DNA from: Trichosphaerium sp. ATCC 40318
Lineage: Eukaryota; Protista; Tubulinea
Assembly (NCBI GenBank): GCA_038496445.1
Contig: JALMLS010000015.1
Location: forward strand, 496,001 to 560,000
DNA: 64,000 bases
Reading direction: 5' to 3'
The notes below the pieces were generated by a model that did not search any database, was not told the DNA's origin, and worked only from the letters and a program-made list of their open reading frames with translations. This document shows positions 1 to 14,501 of this stretch, piece by piece. A program made the position numbers and the translations under genes. Position 1 is the first letter of the stretch, and the number at the start of each line of letters is the position of its first letter.

Positions 1-206
1 TCGTACTTATTACGTAATGATAACTACTTGTACTAAAGAAACAATTTCAGCACGAGGTACAGTATGAGATTTGACAGAGCCTCCATCAAACATCAACGAG
101 TACAAGTTAACGTTAATGTAACGGCCAGGAATTGTCATGACATTTAATTAACAATTTGGAATGTGAAAATAGTGCAAGACTATCACTCTTGTTTATTTAG
201 TACGCA

Positions 207-1253
207 ATGTCTCGTAAACTTGACGAACTGAGCCTAGAAGTACAAGCTATCATATTTTCAAGCGTAGAAGAGCAAAGTAAACGCCGTTTAGCGCTTACAT
301 GCAAATCATTCCATAGCCTAATTTTACAGCTTATTGGGTTCGAAAACATATATTGTACGCTAGAAAACGTTGATTGGATAGCTTCTCAGCCAGGTTTAAA
401 AAAAAACACGCGCATTTACGTTAAAGAAGACTCCGTAAGCGATGAAATACTCATAAAACTGGCTGGATCACGCAATTTGTATATCGAGGAGGATATGTGC
501 GACAGTGTAATAACCGACAAAGGTTTTTTGGCTATAGCGAAAGATGTCGAGGTTCTAGTGCTTAGATACGCTTGCCAAGTTACTGATGAAGCGATTAATG
601 CTTTAAAAAACGTGAAAGACATTCATCTTGTCGGTATGAGTATCACAGACAAGGGAATCAAAGCGCTTGCTGGTGTGCCTAAAGTACGTATAAGAGAGTG
701 CAGCGAAATTACAGATGAAGGTGTCAAGGCTCTAGCCGGAGCACACACAGTGCACTTGAGAGAGCTTGGACCTATTAATGAAGGTATCAAATCGCTTGCT
801 GGAGCTTATGAGATTTCATTCCCTCATGGGGTCACGGATGACACTGTGATAGCTTGCGCTGGTCTACACACTGCTGATATACAGTGTTGTGATCTAATAA
901 CTGATAAATCAGTTAAAGCGCTTGCATTAGGAGGAGTTCATACTATTAATCTAAGACGTTGTCTTTCTGTCACTGATGAAGCTATTATTTGTTTAGCTGA
1001 ACAGAACAAAGTGCATTATATTAATCTTTCTATTTGTGATAACGTTACTGATGTTGGATTGGCTGCGTTGGGTAAAACAAATGTTCATACTGTTATTTTC
1101 GATGAAGCATGGAGTATTACAGATGAAGGTGTCAAACATCTGACTGGTTGTCATTATGTTTCTCTTAATGAATGTAGATTGGTTACAAAAGCATCTATTG
1201 AGTTTTTAAGAGAAGCTGGTGTAAAAGTTAGCACTTATCTTGATGAGGAATAG
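207..1253 (+). CDS. Intronless F-box/leucine-rich repeat (FBXL/AMN1-type LRR) protein
   Basis: 348-aa ORF. N-terminal F-box-like LDELSLEVQAIIF...LALTCKSF followed by about 10 repeats of the form (I/V)TD(E/K)G(V/I)KAL-x-G. Confidence 0.85.
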   Translation: MSRKLDELSLEVQAIIFSSVEEQSKRRLALTCKSFHSLILQLIGFENIYCTLENVDWIASQPGLKKNTRIYVKEDSVSDEILIKLAGSRNLYIEEDMCDSVITDKGFLAIAKDVEVLVLRYACQVTDEAINALKNVKDIHLVGMSITDKGIKALAGVPKVRIRECSEITDEGVKALAGAHTVHLRELGPINEGIKSLAGAYEISFPHGVTDDTVIACAGLHTADIQCCDLITDKSVKALALGGVHTINLRRCLSVTDEAIICLAEQNKVHYINLSICDNVTDVGLAALGKTNVHTVIFDEAWSITDEGVKHLTGCHYVSLNECRLVTKASIEFLREAGVKVSTYLDEE

Positions 1254-1388
1254 CACGGGAAAATAAACAAATCACGTTTATCAGTTACTAGTTTTATTTA
1301 CATTTTCCACGAATTGGCGACAATTTTTACAGTTATTCTGTAGCGTTGCCCCAAGTATTTATAAAGTATTGCGCTTCCTCAAACGTGT

Positions 1389-1613
1389 TCATACGAGAAA
1401 GAACAGGTTTACGTTTTGTTTGCGTTTTGTGATTTGTAGTTCTTGTCGTTGATTGATCAAGTTGGTGTAAGGGCGTGCGTTGCTGTAATTAGCTCTCAGG
1501 GCGCTAGCAGCTTCGTTGCGTTCTGTGCGTGTAACTCTGCTTGGACCCATCTGATTAAACCAGGCTGCGTTTTCGCGGAGCATTCTCTCTTCTCTTTGGC
1601 CTCTTCTGTTCAT
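1389..1613 (-). CDS. Small basic hypothetical protein (3' end may be spliced)
   Basis: 74-aa ORF with an A-rich leader (aacaaacaaaATG). A GTATG donor near the end suggests a further short exon. No recognisable domain. Confidence 0.35.
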   Translation of the reverse strand: MNRRGQREERMLRENAAWFNQMGPSRVTRTERNEAASALRANYSNARPYTNLINQRQELQITKRKQNVNLFFLV

Positions 1614-1807
1614 TTTGTTTGTTGTTGTTGAGTGTAGTGTCTTGTAATGATTTATGCTGTTTACTTATTGTCTGAGCTACATTGCTTAACTGCCTGTTAA
1701 TTGAATTGACAATAAAATTGATAAATGCTTTTTTCGAAGAACTCTTCACTTTCAATTAACTTGTAGCATAATGTCTAACTGACAAATCCTCACAATTATT
1801 TTATTAT

Positions 1808-4073
1808 TTACAATACATGCTGTTGATGCCGTATAATCTGTGTTGCATCAGTATTTTGTACACTCATAAGTTTTACTGATTTTACAGTGTTAGGCGGTGC
1901 TCCAATAACCGGTGGGGACATTAGACTACACTCAATATCAAACTCAATATGTGGTGCGTAATGTTTGATTGTAGATGCTAGAGCACTAATACTACCATCC
2001 CACCAGTACGGCAAAGGAACCAAGCATACTCCTAAGAAAGAAATGAGAAAATGAAAAAAAAATTTCTGACGCTACCTGCTACAGCGCAAAAGTGCTTCTT
2101 TTCTTCATCTCGAGCCTCATTCGCTATCAAATTTAATCCTTGAGGGAACAAACCTTCAACATAATGTTGTTCACCTTCAATTTTATGTCAAACAAGAAAG
2201 TAAACAATTAAAGTTACACTGTACCTTGGTATTCAATCGCAAGGCCAACATGAGGTACAAATACATCAACACTTAATGGTGTACCTCCTGTACCACGTAT
2301 ACCTATTACATGTTCTTCTTCAACGGCATGGTGTACAAATAAGGACCGAGTGCCTAAAAGAACTTCCCTGACATAAAAAGTTATTCAAAATGGTACCAAT
2401 TAAACTGAAAAGCCCAACTTTACATGTCAAACGTGATGATTACTATACGAATACATACCATTGCTTGGTCTTTCTTGCACCTTTATAATTTAGCCAATCT
2501 GATTTATACTCTCTAGTCAACAAAGCTAGACTTTGAGAGTATTTAAGATTCCAAGCATATCCCATTTTCTTAAAAGCCTTAACTGACATACGCCGCCTAA
2601 TTAATCACAGTAAGTTAAAGACACAGCGATAATACCAAAATGACAATCAACCAAAACAGTTTGAGTATAAACGGAGAGCAATAAATACGTACCAATTATT
2701 ACCAAAAACATCAGATACTTCTCTAATAAAATCTGTTGCGTTTTGGGTGTATTCCCAATCATTTTCTATTTTCCCTTTTACACTAGCATAAATCTTTCTG
2801 AAATCCTCTGGAGAGAACGTGCTCACTTTCAATACACTAAAAAATTTGTTAAGCATGCAAACAATAGACTTAGCGATGAAGAAAAGCAAAGGTGTTTAGC
2901 CAAAATGAAAAGGGTAAAACGTACTCAACCTTCGTGTTTGAGAATCTCCATGAATTCCACTTGAAATCAGGATATATTATCCTCAATGCATTATATAATA
3001 AACCATCATACATTCTGTTAACTGGGTGAATCTCTGTAGCTGCTGACAGAAAAGGGTGTTGAAGGAAGGGAAAAACAGAATTACCTTGAGAATATATCAA
3101 GATTTTCTTGTTTAACAATATCTTCCATTGTAACTCTATACCAACCACTCAAAGTATGAACTCTAAAATGTGGAGCAATAATATTTAGAAAATCTCTTTG
3201 ATTATCCAAGTCCTTCAACCACGTGCGAGGTGCAAACCTATGCAAAAAAAATTACTTTTTATGAACTAACTACTAATGATTTTAGACTTTACTTGAATTT
3301 CCAAGGACACCACTGATACTCAGGATAAATATGATCCAAAGCCATTTGAAGCGATCCATCATAATAACTAAACAACCAGTTGTTACAATTTCATGTGACT
3401 ACAAAAATCATTCGAATGGCTGGTTTTTTTGTTTCTTTCTTGTACTTGTTTATAATTGCTGTAATAGCTTGGTTTGGTAGATCATGCTTGATTGAGCTAT
3501 ACCAATCATCGAAGGTATAAATTTCTATCTCTTGTGCAACAACATGTTCAAAAAAATCACGTTGACGAGTAATATCATCCCAATAATCTCGAGGAGCATT
3601 TCTAAAACATAAATAAGGTCTCCCGCTCACAAGATCTCAAATCCATCACTTACGAAAACCGCCACGCCTCCCAGCGGTATTTTGGATACAATGCCTCCAG
3701 TGTCTTCGCCAAAGAACGACCATAACTGATAAAACATCAAAAAAAAAATTCAAAAAACTATTTGGGTTTTTGCGTTATTACACACGTGACATACCGAGAT
3801 ATAACGGCATCTGCTCCATAGCGCATAACGTCTTTACACTTGACGCGATACCAATCATCCATAGTCAGCACGTTGAGTTTCCGAGCGACAAATTTGTTCA
3901 AGAATTTGCGATGGTTGTTTATTGTACTATTATAGCGCCACATTCCATGTGGGATAACTGAATTGGCCATTGTAGAGTGTATAGCGTCAATTCGCTTTAG
4001 GTTGGCCTTTCTCAACTTAAACAGTAGATTTGAACTGAAAATAGCATTATAGTAACACTCTACACCGCTAAAA
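1808..4073 (-). CDS. Multi-exon protein: three ~70-aa Trp-rich repeats plus C-terminal Vsr/DUF559/RAP-like PD-(D/E)XK nuclease domain
   Basis: Spliced translation gives repeats P-x3-W...QRxF...DDWY...YxGSL..AL..YP.Y.W..W(K/R)F, then LSVDVFVPHVGLAIEYQG|EQHY...RDEEKKHFC...GVCLVPLPYWWDG. Start codon not located; 5' boundary approximate. Confidence 0.75.
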
Positions 4074-4227
4074 GCTGTTAGACTTCGTTCATGTCACAAA
4101 CACAACAATCGTACCCTTGATATGTACTGGTACAAGTATTGCGCCTTGTTCGTTAGCTTTGTGCTGTTGTGGCTTTTTGTCAAGAGACTTTTGTTGAAAA
4201 TGTAACTTCAAAATCTACATTCAAGCG

Positions 4228-5346
<1,119 letters not shown>

Positions 5347-5559
5347 GCATTGTAAAGAAGAAAGGAGATATTACTCTTTTTTTTTTTTCGCAAAGCCCAA
5401 TATTTCTTCTATCTTACACCATAAAAAAACCATGTAAAATGTCATGTATTGATATACAATCTACAAACCAATTACTAGCAATAAACAAAGGTATTGCTAA
5501 AGATAAAGCCAAAGTCAATCGTTTTCATTCGGTTTTTTTGACAATTTGATGCTGTGGAA

Positions 5560-6490
5560 ATGAGCGAACCACTAATAGAACGTGACGCCACTTTTTTAGA
5601 ATGTGTGAAGGTTATTAATTCGCTTAAAATTGCGTCCTTTAAAAAAGTTTTAGAACTTGTTATTAAGGTGCGTGGTATTGTCTTTTAACGCGTGTAGTAG
5701 CTATACTAGTTTATTACAACAATTACATGTAACATTCCACATAGGACGAACAACTACCTCCAAAACTCGTCCAAGTAGGAAGTTGGATACGCCACATAAC
5801 AGAATTGGCAGGTGCAGAACGATGTTCCCCTCAACAACTTGGTAAGCGTCATTTAGCGTTAAACGCCATCTCTGACCGATTATTTAAGCTAGAGAACTTA
5901 TTGACGACATTGATGAAGACCATGGTAAAGCGTTACTTCGTTATTACCAATATTTTTTGACTGGGCTTGGTAAAAGAGCTGAGCGGCCAGTAACTGTACC
6001 ACGACATTTGGTACGCATAACTAATACAAGTGACACTTTGTGTACAATCTTTCTGAACGGCTGTCAACAGCGCTGACAGATCATCTTCTGACAATTTAGT
6101 ACTTCGTAACATGTCTCAAACTAACGAATTAATAAGGTTGATAACTCTTGGCGTCTACATCTTAATTTGGCCACTGAACAGACTGAAAAAATTCTTGAGC
6201 CATTTGCCATCTTTCAACTAAAACTAGAAGCTCCTTACGAGGACATGGAAGACGTACGTTATAATTTTTTTGCAACAATCGAAAAAAGAAAGTCTGTAAA
6301 TTTTTGAGTTTTATGAACCCGGGTTAACTTTCCAGGGAGTTGTTTACGCGTGTATTCACAGGTTTATGATTGCTTACTATGTTTACAGGATAAAGGAGAA
6401 AAAGTTACAGTTGAATTCAACCATGACGAATTGTACGAATTTTACACTCACTTGGAGGACATACAACAACAGTTGGACTCATTGACTTAA
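5560..6490 (+). CDS. COMMD10: COMM domain-containing protein 10, multi-exon
   Basis: C-terminal exons read WRLHLNLA...FAIFQLKLE...KVTVEFNHDELYEFYTHLEDIQQQLDSLT*, matching the COMMD10 COMM-domain end. Confidence 0.8.
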
Positions 6491-6674
6491 CGTCACCTTG
6501 TAAAAAAACAACACAAAACAATTGTAATAGCGCGTGGGTTTGACCATAGAAGGCCAAACAACGCACCACGTGGCAGCAGTGCAGTAAAAATTTTGATAGG
6601 CAAAAACGTAAAAATCACGAAATTTCTGCCAATGTTTCCTTGTTTATCCTTCCAACTCTAAAGTGATCAACAAC

Positions 6675-8394
6675 ATGTCCAAACCACTCGAAACCTTTTT
6701 TTTCACCAGCGAATGCGTCACTGAGGGCCATCCTGGTAAGTTTGTGGAGTTTTAGACTTTGTTTTAACAAAATTGTTAGATAAGATGTGCGATCAAATTT
6801 CCGACGCTGTCCTCGATGCCTGTCTCGCCGCTGATCCACTCGCTAAAGTAGCTTGTGGTACGTAAATTTTTTTCTTCAACTCTTCTCATAGCTCTAGAAA
6901 CCGCTACAAAGACCGGTATGGTTATTGTCTTTGGTGAAATTACCACTGCATCTGTCTTGGACTACCAAAAAATTGTCCGTGACGCCGTAAAACAGATCGG
7001 TTTCGACGACTCTGCAAAAGGTACTTATAAAGACACCCGTGCAAAGCGTAATAATAATTAGGTTTCGACTACAAAACTTGCAATGTTCTCGTAGCTGTAG
7101 AGCAACAAAGTCCAGATATTGCCCAAGGTGTACACGTAAACCGTGACAACGAGGACATGGGTGCTGGTGATCAAGTACGTAATACTTTTCTTACGTTTAC
7201 TGTTTTACAACGTTTCTACGTTTGTATTACGCGTTATTTGGCCAAACTTGTTACTTATTCCCAAACTAGGGTCACATGTTCGGTTATGCTTGTGATGAGA
7301 CCCCAGAAGCTATGCCTTTGACCCACTCCCTTTGCACAAAGTTGTGCGAACGTTTGACCATTGTCCGCAAGGACGGCACTTTGCCATGGCTCAGGTACAC
7401 CCTCATTTCCCACTGAAAACTCCTACAAGCGTAATTACGTTTTTTATGCTTCGCAAACGAAAAAAGCTTTAAAGTCCATATTCAGCGATTTCTTGCCACT
7501 GACTTTCTTTTTTAGACCTGACGCTAAGACTCAAGTCACTGTTGAGTACAAAAACATTAACGGTGTCCCAACTCCACAACGCGTCCACACTATTGTTATC
7601 TCCACCCAACACTCTGAAGATGTCACAAACGAACAAATCAGAGCTGCCCTTATGGAGCAAGTTATTAAACCAACTATCCCAAAGAAGTTCTGGTCTGAAG
7701 ACATCATCTTCCACTTGAACCCTTCTGGCCGCTTCGTTATTGGTGGACCAATGGTACGTGCCCTCGAATAGGCTTCTTCCTCTTTCTTCTAGTTTTACGC
7801 GTAAAGTGCGAAACAAAACGAGGAAAAACGTAAAAAAAAATCGCTCTAGTAATTTGACTGTTGTACTCACTTTTTTGTAATTAGGGTGATGCTGGTTTGA
7901 CTGGCAGAAAAATTATCATTGACACCTACGGTGGATGGGGTGCTCACGGTGGTGGTGCTTTCTCTGGAAAGGACCCTTCCAAGGTCGATCGTTCTGCTGC
8001 TTACGCCGCCAGATGGATCGCCAAATCTTTGGTTAAGGCCGAGCTTTGCCGTCGTTGCCTCGTACAAGTATCTTACGCTATCGGTATTGCCAAGCCTTTG
8101 TCTATCTTCGTAGACAGCTACGGCACTGGTACGTCTCTTTGCAACAATTGCATCAATCAGCGAACTTTTTTTTTTTTCGTACTCAAACGACTTTACTAAC
8201 GCGGCTTTACAGGTAAAAAGACTGATGCTGAACTCCTCGAAATCATCAACAAGAACTTCGATCTACGCCCTGGAGTCATACTCAAGGAATTGAAATTGCG
8301 TAGACCAATCTACCAAAAGACTGCTTCATACGGTCACTTCGGTAGAGAAGACCCAGATTTCACATGGGAACAACCAAAGAAACTCAACTTTTAA
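6675..8394 (+). CDS. metK: S-adenosylmethionine synthetase, multi-exon
   Basis: [35 protein letters not shown] and YGHFGR motifs across spliced exons. Confidence 0.98.
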
Positions 8395-8859
8395 TTGGCT
8401 CAAAAAGAAAGCTCTTGTACCACGTTGGAAGGTGGTTAGCCACTTAAATAAAAGCCATGAAATGGCAATTTTTAAAATAACTTTAGACTTTTTCGTTACT
8501 TGTACCTTCTTGTTTTGTTGTATTTCTTTACGTGTTGCTCGCGATGACCCCATACAAGACTTGAACACTCACGTTGTTTTAACGTTTTTAACACAAAAAA
8601 ATTACAGTTGCAAACTGGCGCGAATTGCCACAAAAACAAATGATCACGAACGCTACGACAGTCTAACAGTGTAATACGCGCCCACTTCTGTATATTTTCC
8701 CAAAGGCCACCAAAACACAATTTTTACGCTTACAAAACGTACCAACACATATATTACGCCACAATTAGCGATATAACGCACCTACCAGCGAGAAAAAGCA
8801 TAAAAGAAACGCGAATAATAAAATTTTGTTTTTATCTCTTTTTTTTTGATGTACAGGCT

Positions 8860-9304
8860 TTAATAGCGTTGGCGCTTGTGATCATAACCACCAGGTTGTT
8901 CTAGGCTAACGCCAGGGAGGTCACCCATGTCCATCTCGACGAGCATAGCTTTTGTAGCGGCGTCAACATTAATTTCCTCTGTCATCTCCTCCAAAACAGA
9001 TTGTTCAGGGATAAAATTTTCTCTACGCTCACGTTCTTCCTCTTGGAGCTTGAGAGAGATGCCTCTGACTGGTCCACGAGAGATCCGCCTCATCAGGTGT
9101 GTTACGTAACCAGCGATCTTATTTCGCATCCTTTTTGATGGCGTGTATGCTACTTCATCAATAACACGTTTATTGGTTTGAAAATCAAGGGTCAAACGAG
9201 TGTAATACGATTCTACGAGGAGACGTGCTGCTTTCTTGATAGTCTTGGTACGTACTTTACCCTACGAGGTTTTAGGGCAATTCAGAGTTAGAGATACGCA
9301 CCAT
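8860..9304 (-). CDS. RPS17: 40S ribosomal protein S17 (eS17)
   Basis: ATG-only first coding exon (9304-9302), an intron, then [13 protein letters not shown]...[15 protein letters not shown]...[14 protein letters not shown]. Confidence 0.97.
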
Positions 9305-9683
9305 GCTGCAAAAAGAATTTAGTTAGAATACAAAAGTACGGTATGAAAAATATCGCGGAGCGGTCTTACTTAGTCACTAACATTGTGTAATACGGTCTTA
9401 ACGTCGCTCAGGTGGCTTCTCGATACCAAATGATTGTTCGTAAGCGGTGAGATTTTTTTTATTGTGCAGGCCCTTTTTATGATTGTACAGCGCCATTTCT
9501 GGCTCTTTTTCAACTGGCGAGGCCCTTTTTAATGTAGTTAACATTAAATGGAGCAATTTCGCACCAAAGCGTTTAATTGTGCGTGCGGAGCAATCATTAC
9601 CGCTATAACCATCGCGGAATCCGCTTGAGAAGGATTGCAGGCAACAAGTTACTCGTCAACAATTTCTTATGTACAAAGCGTTA

Positions 9684-10769
9684 TCAAGCAACAGTCTCTT
9701 TACAGTACGGACACGAAGTGTGGTTTGAAAGCCAGGTATCTATGCAACCAACCTATCGATTTATTAGCAACTCTATTTCTTGTTTTATCAGCGTACATGA
9801 TACGCGTGGTTACACGGCTTTAGCACTCTAATTTTTTCTCTCGCTTCAAATTGTTGTTGGCAAATTACGCAGCTAGTGACTGATGAGAAGGTACGATAAG
9901 CGATATAATATGGCGTACAAATCATTATAAGATTGAGTGTCACGCTTTTTTGCGTTGAACTTGACAACCTTGTGTTTGCGCATCTGCTTCTTTGACACGC
10001 CTTCACTTTCGAACGTGCCAAAGTCCACATACAATGAGTTGATATACACTGGGGTTACTTGGCTTCTTCTTAGCGTATAAAAGTACAACATTGCATAGCT
10101 GTGGAGAGTTAAAATTTGTTGTTTGAAAATTGCGAGTTTTTATCGACGTACAGAATTGATAGTATCGTTATGAAGAGAGACGCGTAAGAGTAAGCGTAGA
10201 AGAAAGATGTCATTTCATCTTCACCACATTTCCTGACGGATTCTTGCTGTTTAAATCTCAAGAATGGGTAAGCACATATTACAAAACCAAAGCAATCATG
10301 TACAAAATGTAGCATCCTAGACCCTGGAAACCAACGCACATCAAGCCGAGTGTAGATACAATGATTACAGTCAATGTATGCCTAAATGTCAATGAGCATG
10401 GGTGTAAAAAGTAGAGCTTACAAGCATCGTAAGCGAACTGTGCATGATGACAGGATTATTAAAACTGTAAATACAAATGCCGTAAACAGATATGTAGTAG
10501 AAACCCCTAACTATGGATAGTGAGTAATATAAATACTGTATCTTACAACCATAAACACACTAATGGCGATAACACAGCGTGAACGTAGATTCTAAGCACA
10601 GTTAATAAAGTAATCGTTGAAACAAAAAGCGAAACAATTTCTGTAGCCTTTTTAGACTGTCTACTAAAAAATCACGTGCTGCAGCGCTGTATGCGCAATA
10701 ACATCCCGCTGTGAGGAGATACACCATAATTATGGTCGTCCATACACGCAATAAAATCTTTGTAGCCAT
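9684..10769 (-). CDS. Multi-pass membrane RING-H2 E3 ubiquitin ligase, multi-exon
   Basis: Spliced C-terminus CVIC...KPCNHAYH|VGCIDTWLSNHTSCPYCKETVA*, with several hydrophobic N-terminal exons. Confidence 0.8.
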
Positions 10770-10979
10770 CTTTATAGTACACTGATTGGCTACTGTCTAA
10801 AACAACAAAAAAAATGTAAATACAACGCGTTGATGAAATAGTGTCACGTGCAATGTTAGGAAGCGTGGTATGGTAATGAAATAATTTACGACGTCGGTTG
10901 AGAAGCTAATTGTGAAGAGCTTTTTCTGAAAAAAATTTGAGTCCTTTCAAGTCTGAGTGCAGTCAACTTTGTAGGCATC

Positions 10980-13900
10980 ATGAGCAAGCGTAAACGTGAA
11001 GGTTCTGACGGTGGTAAAGTTAAAAAGCGAGTGCGTACATTATAGCGTTATTTCTGGTTGTTTTAAAATTATTATTGCGAAATCATCACGAAAAGCGTAG
11101 AAAACGAATTAAATGAGTGTAGAGACAAATACCAAACGTTGAAATCAAAGCAGAGCGTATTCCAGCATTAGAATTAGGACAAAACCTCTCTCCCGTAGAA
11201 AAAAAGAAGGCTCTTAACTTGAGAAACGTAAAAGATGACATACAATCAATGGAGCTTGTAAAACCATATCATGACCTCAGACTCGAAATTGTACGCGTAA
11301 TACTACATGAAGACAAGAAGAACCGCTTCACAGGGTACATTAAACGAGCATTGGATTTTTTTCTGCAAAACACGGACAACAAAAAACTTGGCGGCAAGAA
11401 AAGCCTTGTATTTCCTTTATTTGAACTTATTTATTATTAAACGGTTTTGTTCGTTACTCTATTGACACATGCTAGAATCGTTACTTTGGTGTTTAAAAGG
11501 CGTTTTGCTGCTTTAAATTCATTAGCTGTTGATTTACCTGCCTCCTTGGGTAATATTAAAGCTGCTTTGATGCTAACACAAGATGTACGCTTTATTTGAT
11601 TTATTTTGAAGTGTTTTTTCGACAATACCGCGGTTTGTATTTAATTAGTTCTTCTTAATAGAGTTGTGACAGTATTCTCGTTACACGTATTGGTGAGGAA
11701 GTTATGGAAGATGATATAGTTGATTTCTTTGACAAGAATGTCGGTGGGGTATCTGGTAGTGTTTTGCTTGGGCGCACGTTTGATACAAATGAGTACGAAT
11801 CAATTCCAGAGGAAAACATAGTTTTTTTTTGATGACATTTGACACTTGTTTCATTGAATTGTTTTTGACATTTATTTTATTAGAGGTATTGCTCGTGTTA
11901 CGTTTGGTGGGGATTCTAAAACTAGAGATACAAGAAGTGTTGCCACAGCGATATCAAAAGCGTTTTTGCTTCCTAGACCTCAGATTCTTGACAGCGAAGT
12001 GGAAATTGAGTTGTCTACGAACATGGCAGATTTTTACGGACCTACGATCGAACCTGGTTGTGCACTTTATGTCAGTTTATTCCCAGCGTATTGGTAAGCA
12101 TATTTCATAATATGAAACCTGCATACAATCACTTCGTGGCGACTTGAAAGAAAAACTTTTCAAAATTGTTACTTAATTCTATTTGAACTATTTCAGTCTG
12201 TTCTTACTTGTATTTTAGGGATGATAATAATTTCAAAGGTACATTCAAAGGTTATAAAGAAGTACATAAAACTGGAGCAACAGGATCGTAAGAAAAAAAA
12301 AGTTTGATGTGACACTAGAGCCTTTAGGAATTAATTCGTTTTTTTTAGAGAAGTTATTGTAGAGTTCGAACGTAAAGAAGATTGTGATCGATTTTGGGAT
12401 ATTCCTAGCTTTTACAAAGATCATCATATTGTAATGAGACCACTTTCAGTACCTAAAGTACGTATAATGAAATACAATTTTCATTTCGATCCAAGAAGAA
12501 TCGCGTGGATTTTTTTTTGTGAAAAAATAAACCTGCACATTGAGGTTTTCTTTTTTGTTGAAAAAATTGTTTTGGTTCTACTCTATGATTATATTTCGTC
12601 CGATCCCCTGATTACTGATTATTCATACGATTGCTGAGAGATTTCCAACACTTAAACTATTTTTACCTTTTCGCACTGGAAGATAGAAGTTTTTCCCTAA
12701 TTTTCTATGTGTGTAGGGCACAGAAAGCATTGTTGTTTACAACTTGCCTTTTTTCCAAAATATTCAAGTACTTCATGATGTGTTTAATAAATACGGTACT
12801 ATTAAAGATGTAAAATACAGAAAAGAAACCAGAGGGTACGTATTTGTAAGGAAATTATTTTTCTCGTTTAATGTGCCTATCAGAACTCGATTGAAAGGAA
12901 ACTTTACAGCAATTGTTACTTTCGATTTATCAGTATCAACACCTAACTTGGACAGACTACTACGTATTGAACATATGCGTGTTTTGTGTACGTTCTATCA
13001 TGTCTTTTTTTTTTCTTTGAGTTTGCAAACAAAAGTCAAGTTTTTTGTTCGCTTTGTTACCTCTTACCACTATTAGCCAACAATCAAATGTTTATCGATA
13101 TCGCTAGAGGAGATGTTGTAGAAACATTTGATAATTATAAAGATATAACAGATACAGAAGACGTTGAGCAACAGAACATTAAAGATTTTTTTATGGCTCC
13201 TCCACCAAAACAAACACAAGCCGAAATACGTGGTGCAGCAAAACTCCGTAAAGAGTTGAAAAAGACACCAACTGCCCAGGATATGTACTTTAACAGAGGT
13301 CAAGATGACGGTGATAGCAATAACAGGGAGCAACCAGAGCCAATGGATGTAGATAGAAGAGATAATTATAATGACTATGGTGATAGAAGAAATCAAAGAC
13401 AACAACAGCGTGATGACCGTCCGCCTTACCGTGATGATCTACCACCTCCACCAAGAGGTTATAATGACGCTCCAAGAGAGCAGGATCGAAGAGATCAACG
13501 TGATGATTATAGAGATGAAAGACAACAACAAAATCAACGTGAGGACTACAGGGATGAAAGACGGCAACAAGATCAAAGACGTCCAGAAAGAGAAGAACGT
13601 CCAGAAAGAGAGGAACGTCCAGATATGATGGATGAAGGTACGAAACAGTTTTTCAATGATTACTTGTTTCTCACCTTTCTCTAGGTGGTGAACGTCCTCT
13701 AGTTGCAGCAGCGGATGCCCCTGAAACATATGGTACTTGTGAAATGATGTAACAAGGGTGTACTTATCGGTTGTTTTTTCTTTAGTACCATGGCCGTTTT
13801 TGCAACATACTGAAGAAGCTAAGAAGAGTGTTCATTTGACAGGCCGATTGAGAAGCTTGACACATCCTGATATTGTCAATTACTTCTCTGATAAGGCTCA

Positions 13901-14501
13901 AGGCGCGGTCAAAGTTTATTATCATACAAAATACGGGAGCAAAGAATTTGATGGGTACAAATAGCAGAAGACTTACTTGGTTGCTGACTTGTTTTTCTTT
14001 TTTTTTAGTTGTTCTGCAACTGTTGTACTACAAACTGAGGAACAAGCAAATTCGTTGGCTAGATTAGGAAGCTGTAATGATTTTGAGTTGGGAAATAAAG
14101 TTAGATGTTACTTACGAAGAGCAAATAGACCAAATGGTACGATTTTTTTTCAGTTAAAAAAAAAAAGCAATGTGAAAAAAAATTTCGTGTTTGTGCTTTT
14201 CTTTCTGTCTCATCTTCTCATTTTTGACTTCTTTTTGGTATTTTTTACTGATGATCATATAGGCGTTAGATCATTGATAATGTCAAATGTACCAATTGAT
14301 CTACCAGATGAGAATATATCAAGGTTTTTCAAACATACAAAGATAAAGTCAATAAGACGTGAGACAGGTGATATTGTAGTTCGATTTAAACATAAGAGAG
14401 ATCTGGAAAGAGCTATAAATATGGATCATGCAAAGATACGATGTGCTAATGAACGATTCAAGCAAGTTTTCTTGTATTGGGGAAAGAAAGAAACAGCATA
14501 A
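10980..14501 (+). CDS. Nuclear multi-RRM RNA-binding protein with R/D/E/Q-rich low-complexity insert (could be more than one gene)
   Basis: NLS-like start MSKRKRE...KVKKR. RRM-like exons (LHDVFNKYGTIKDVKY...AIVTF; LIMSNVP...ISRFF...VVRFKHKRDLERAI). RD/RE-rich exon at 13290-13640. Confidence 0.6.

Noticed and set aside
6675-8700. METTL16-type TACAGA(G/A)AA regulatory hairpin in the SAM synthetase gene
   Set aside because: No such nonamer seen. The nearest is the last acceptor TTTACAG|GTAAA, which does not match.
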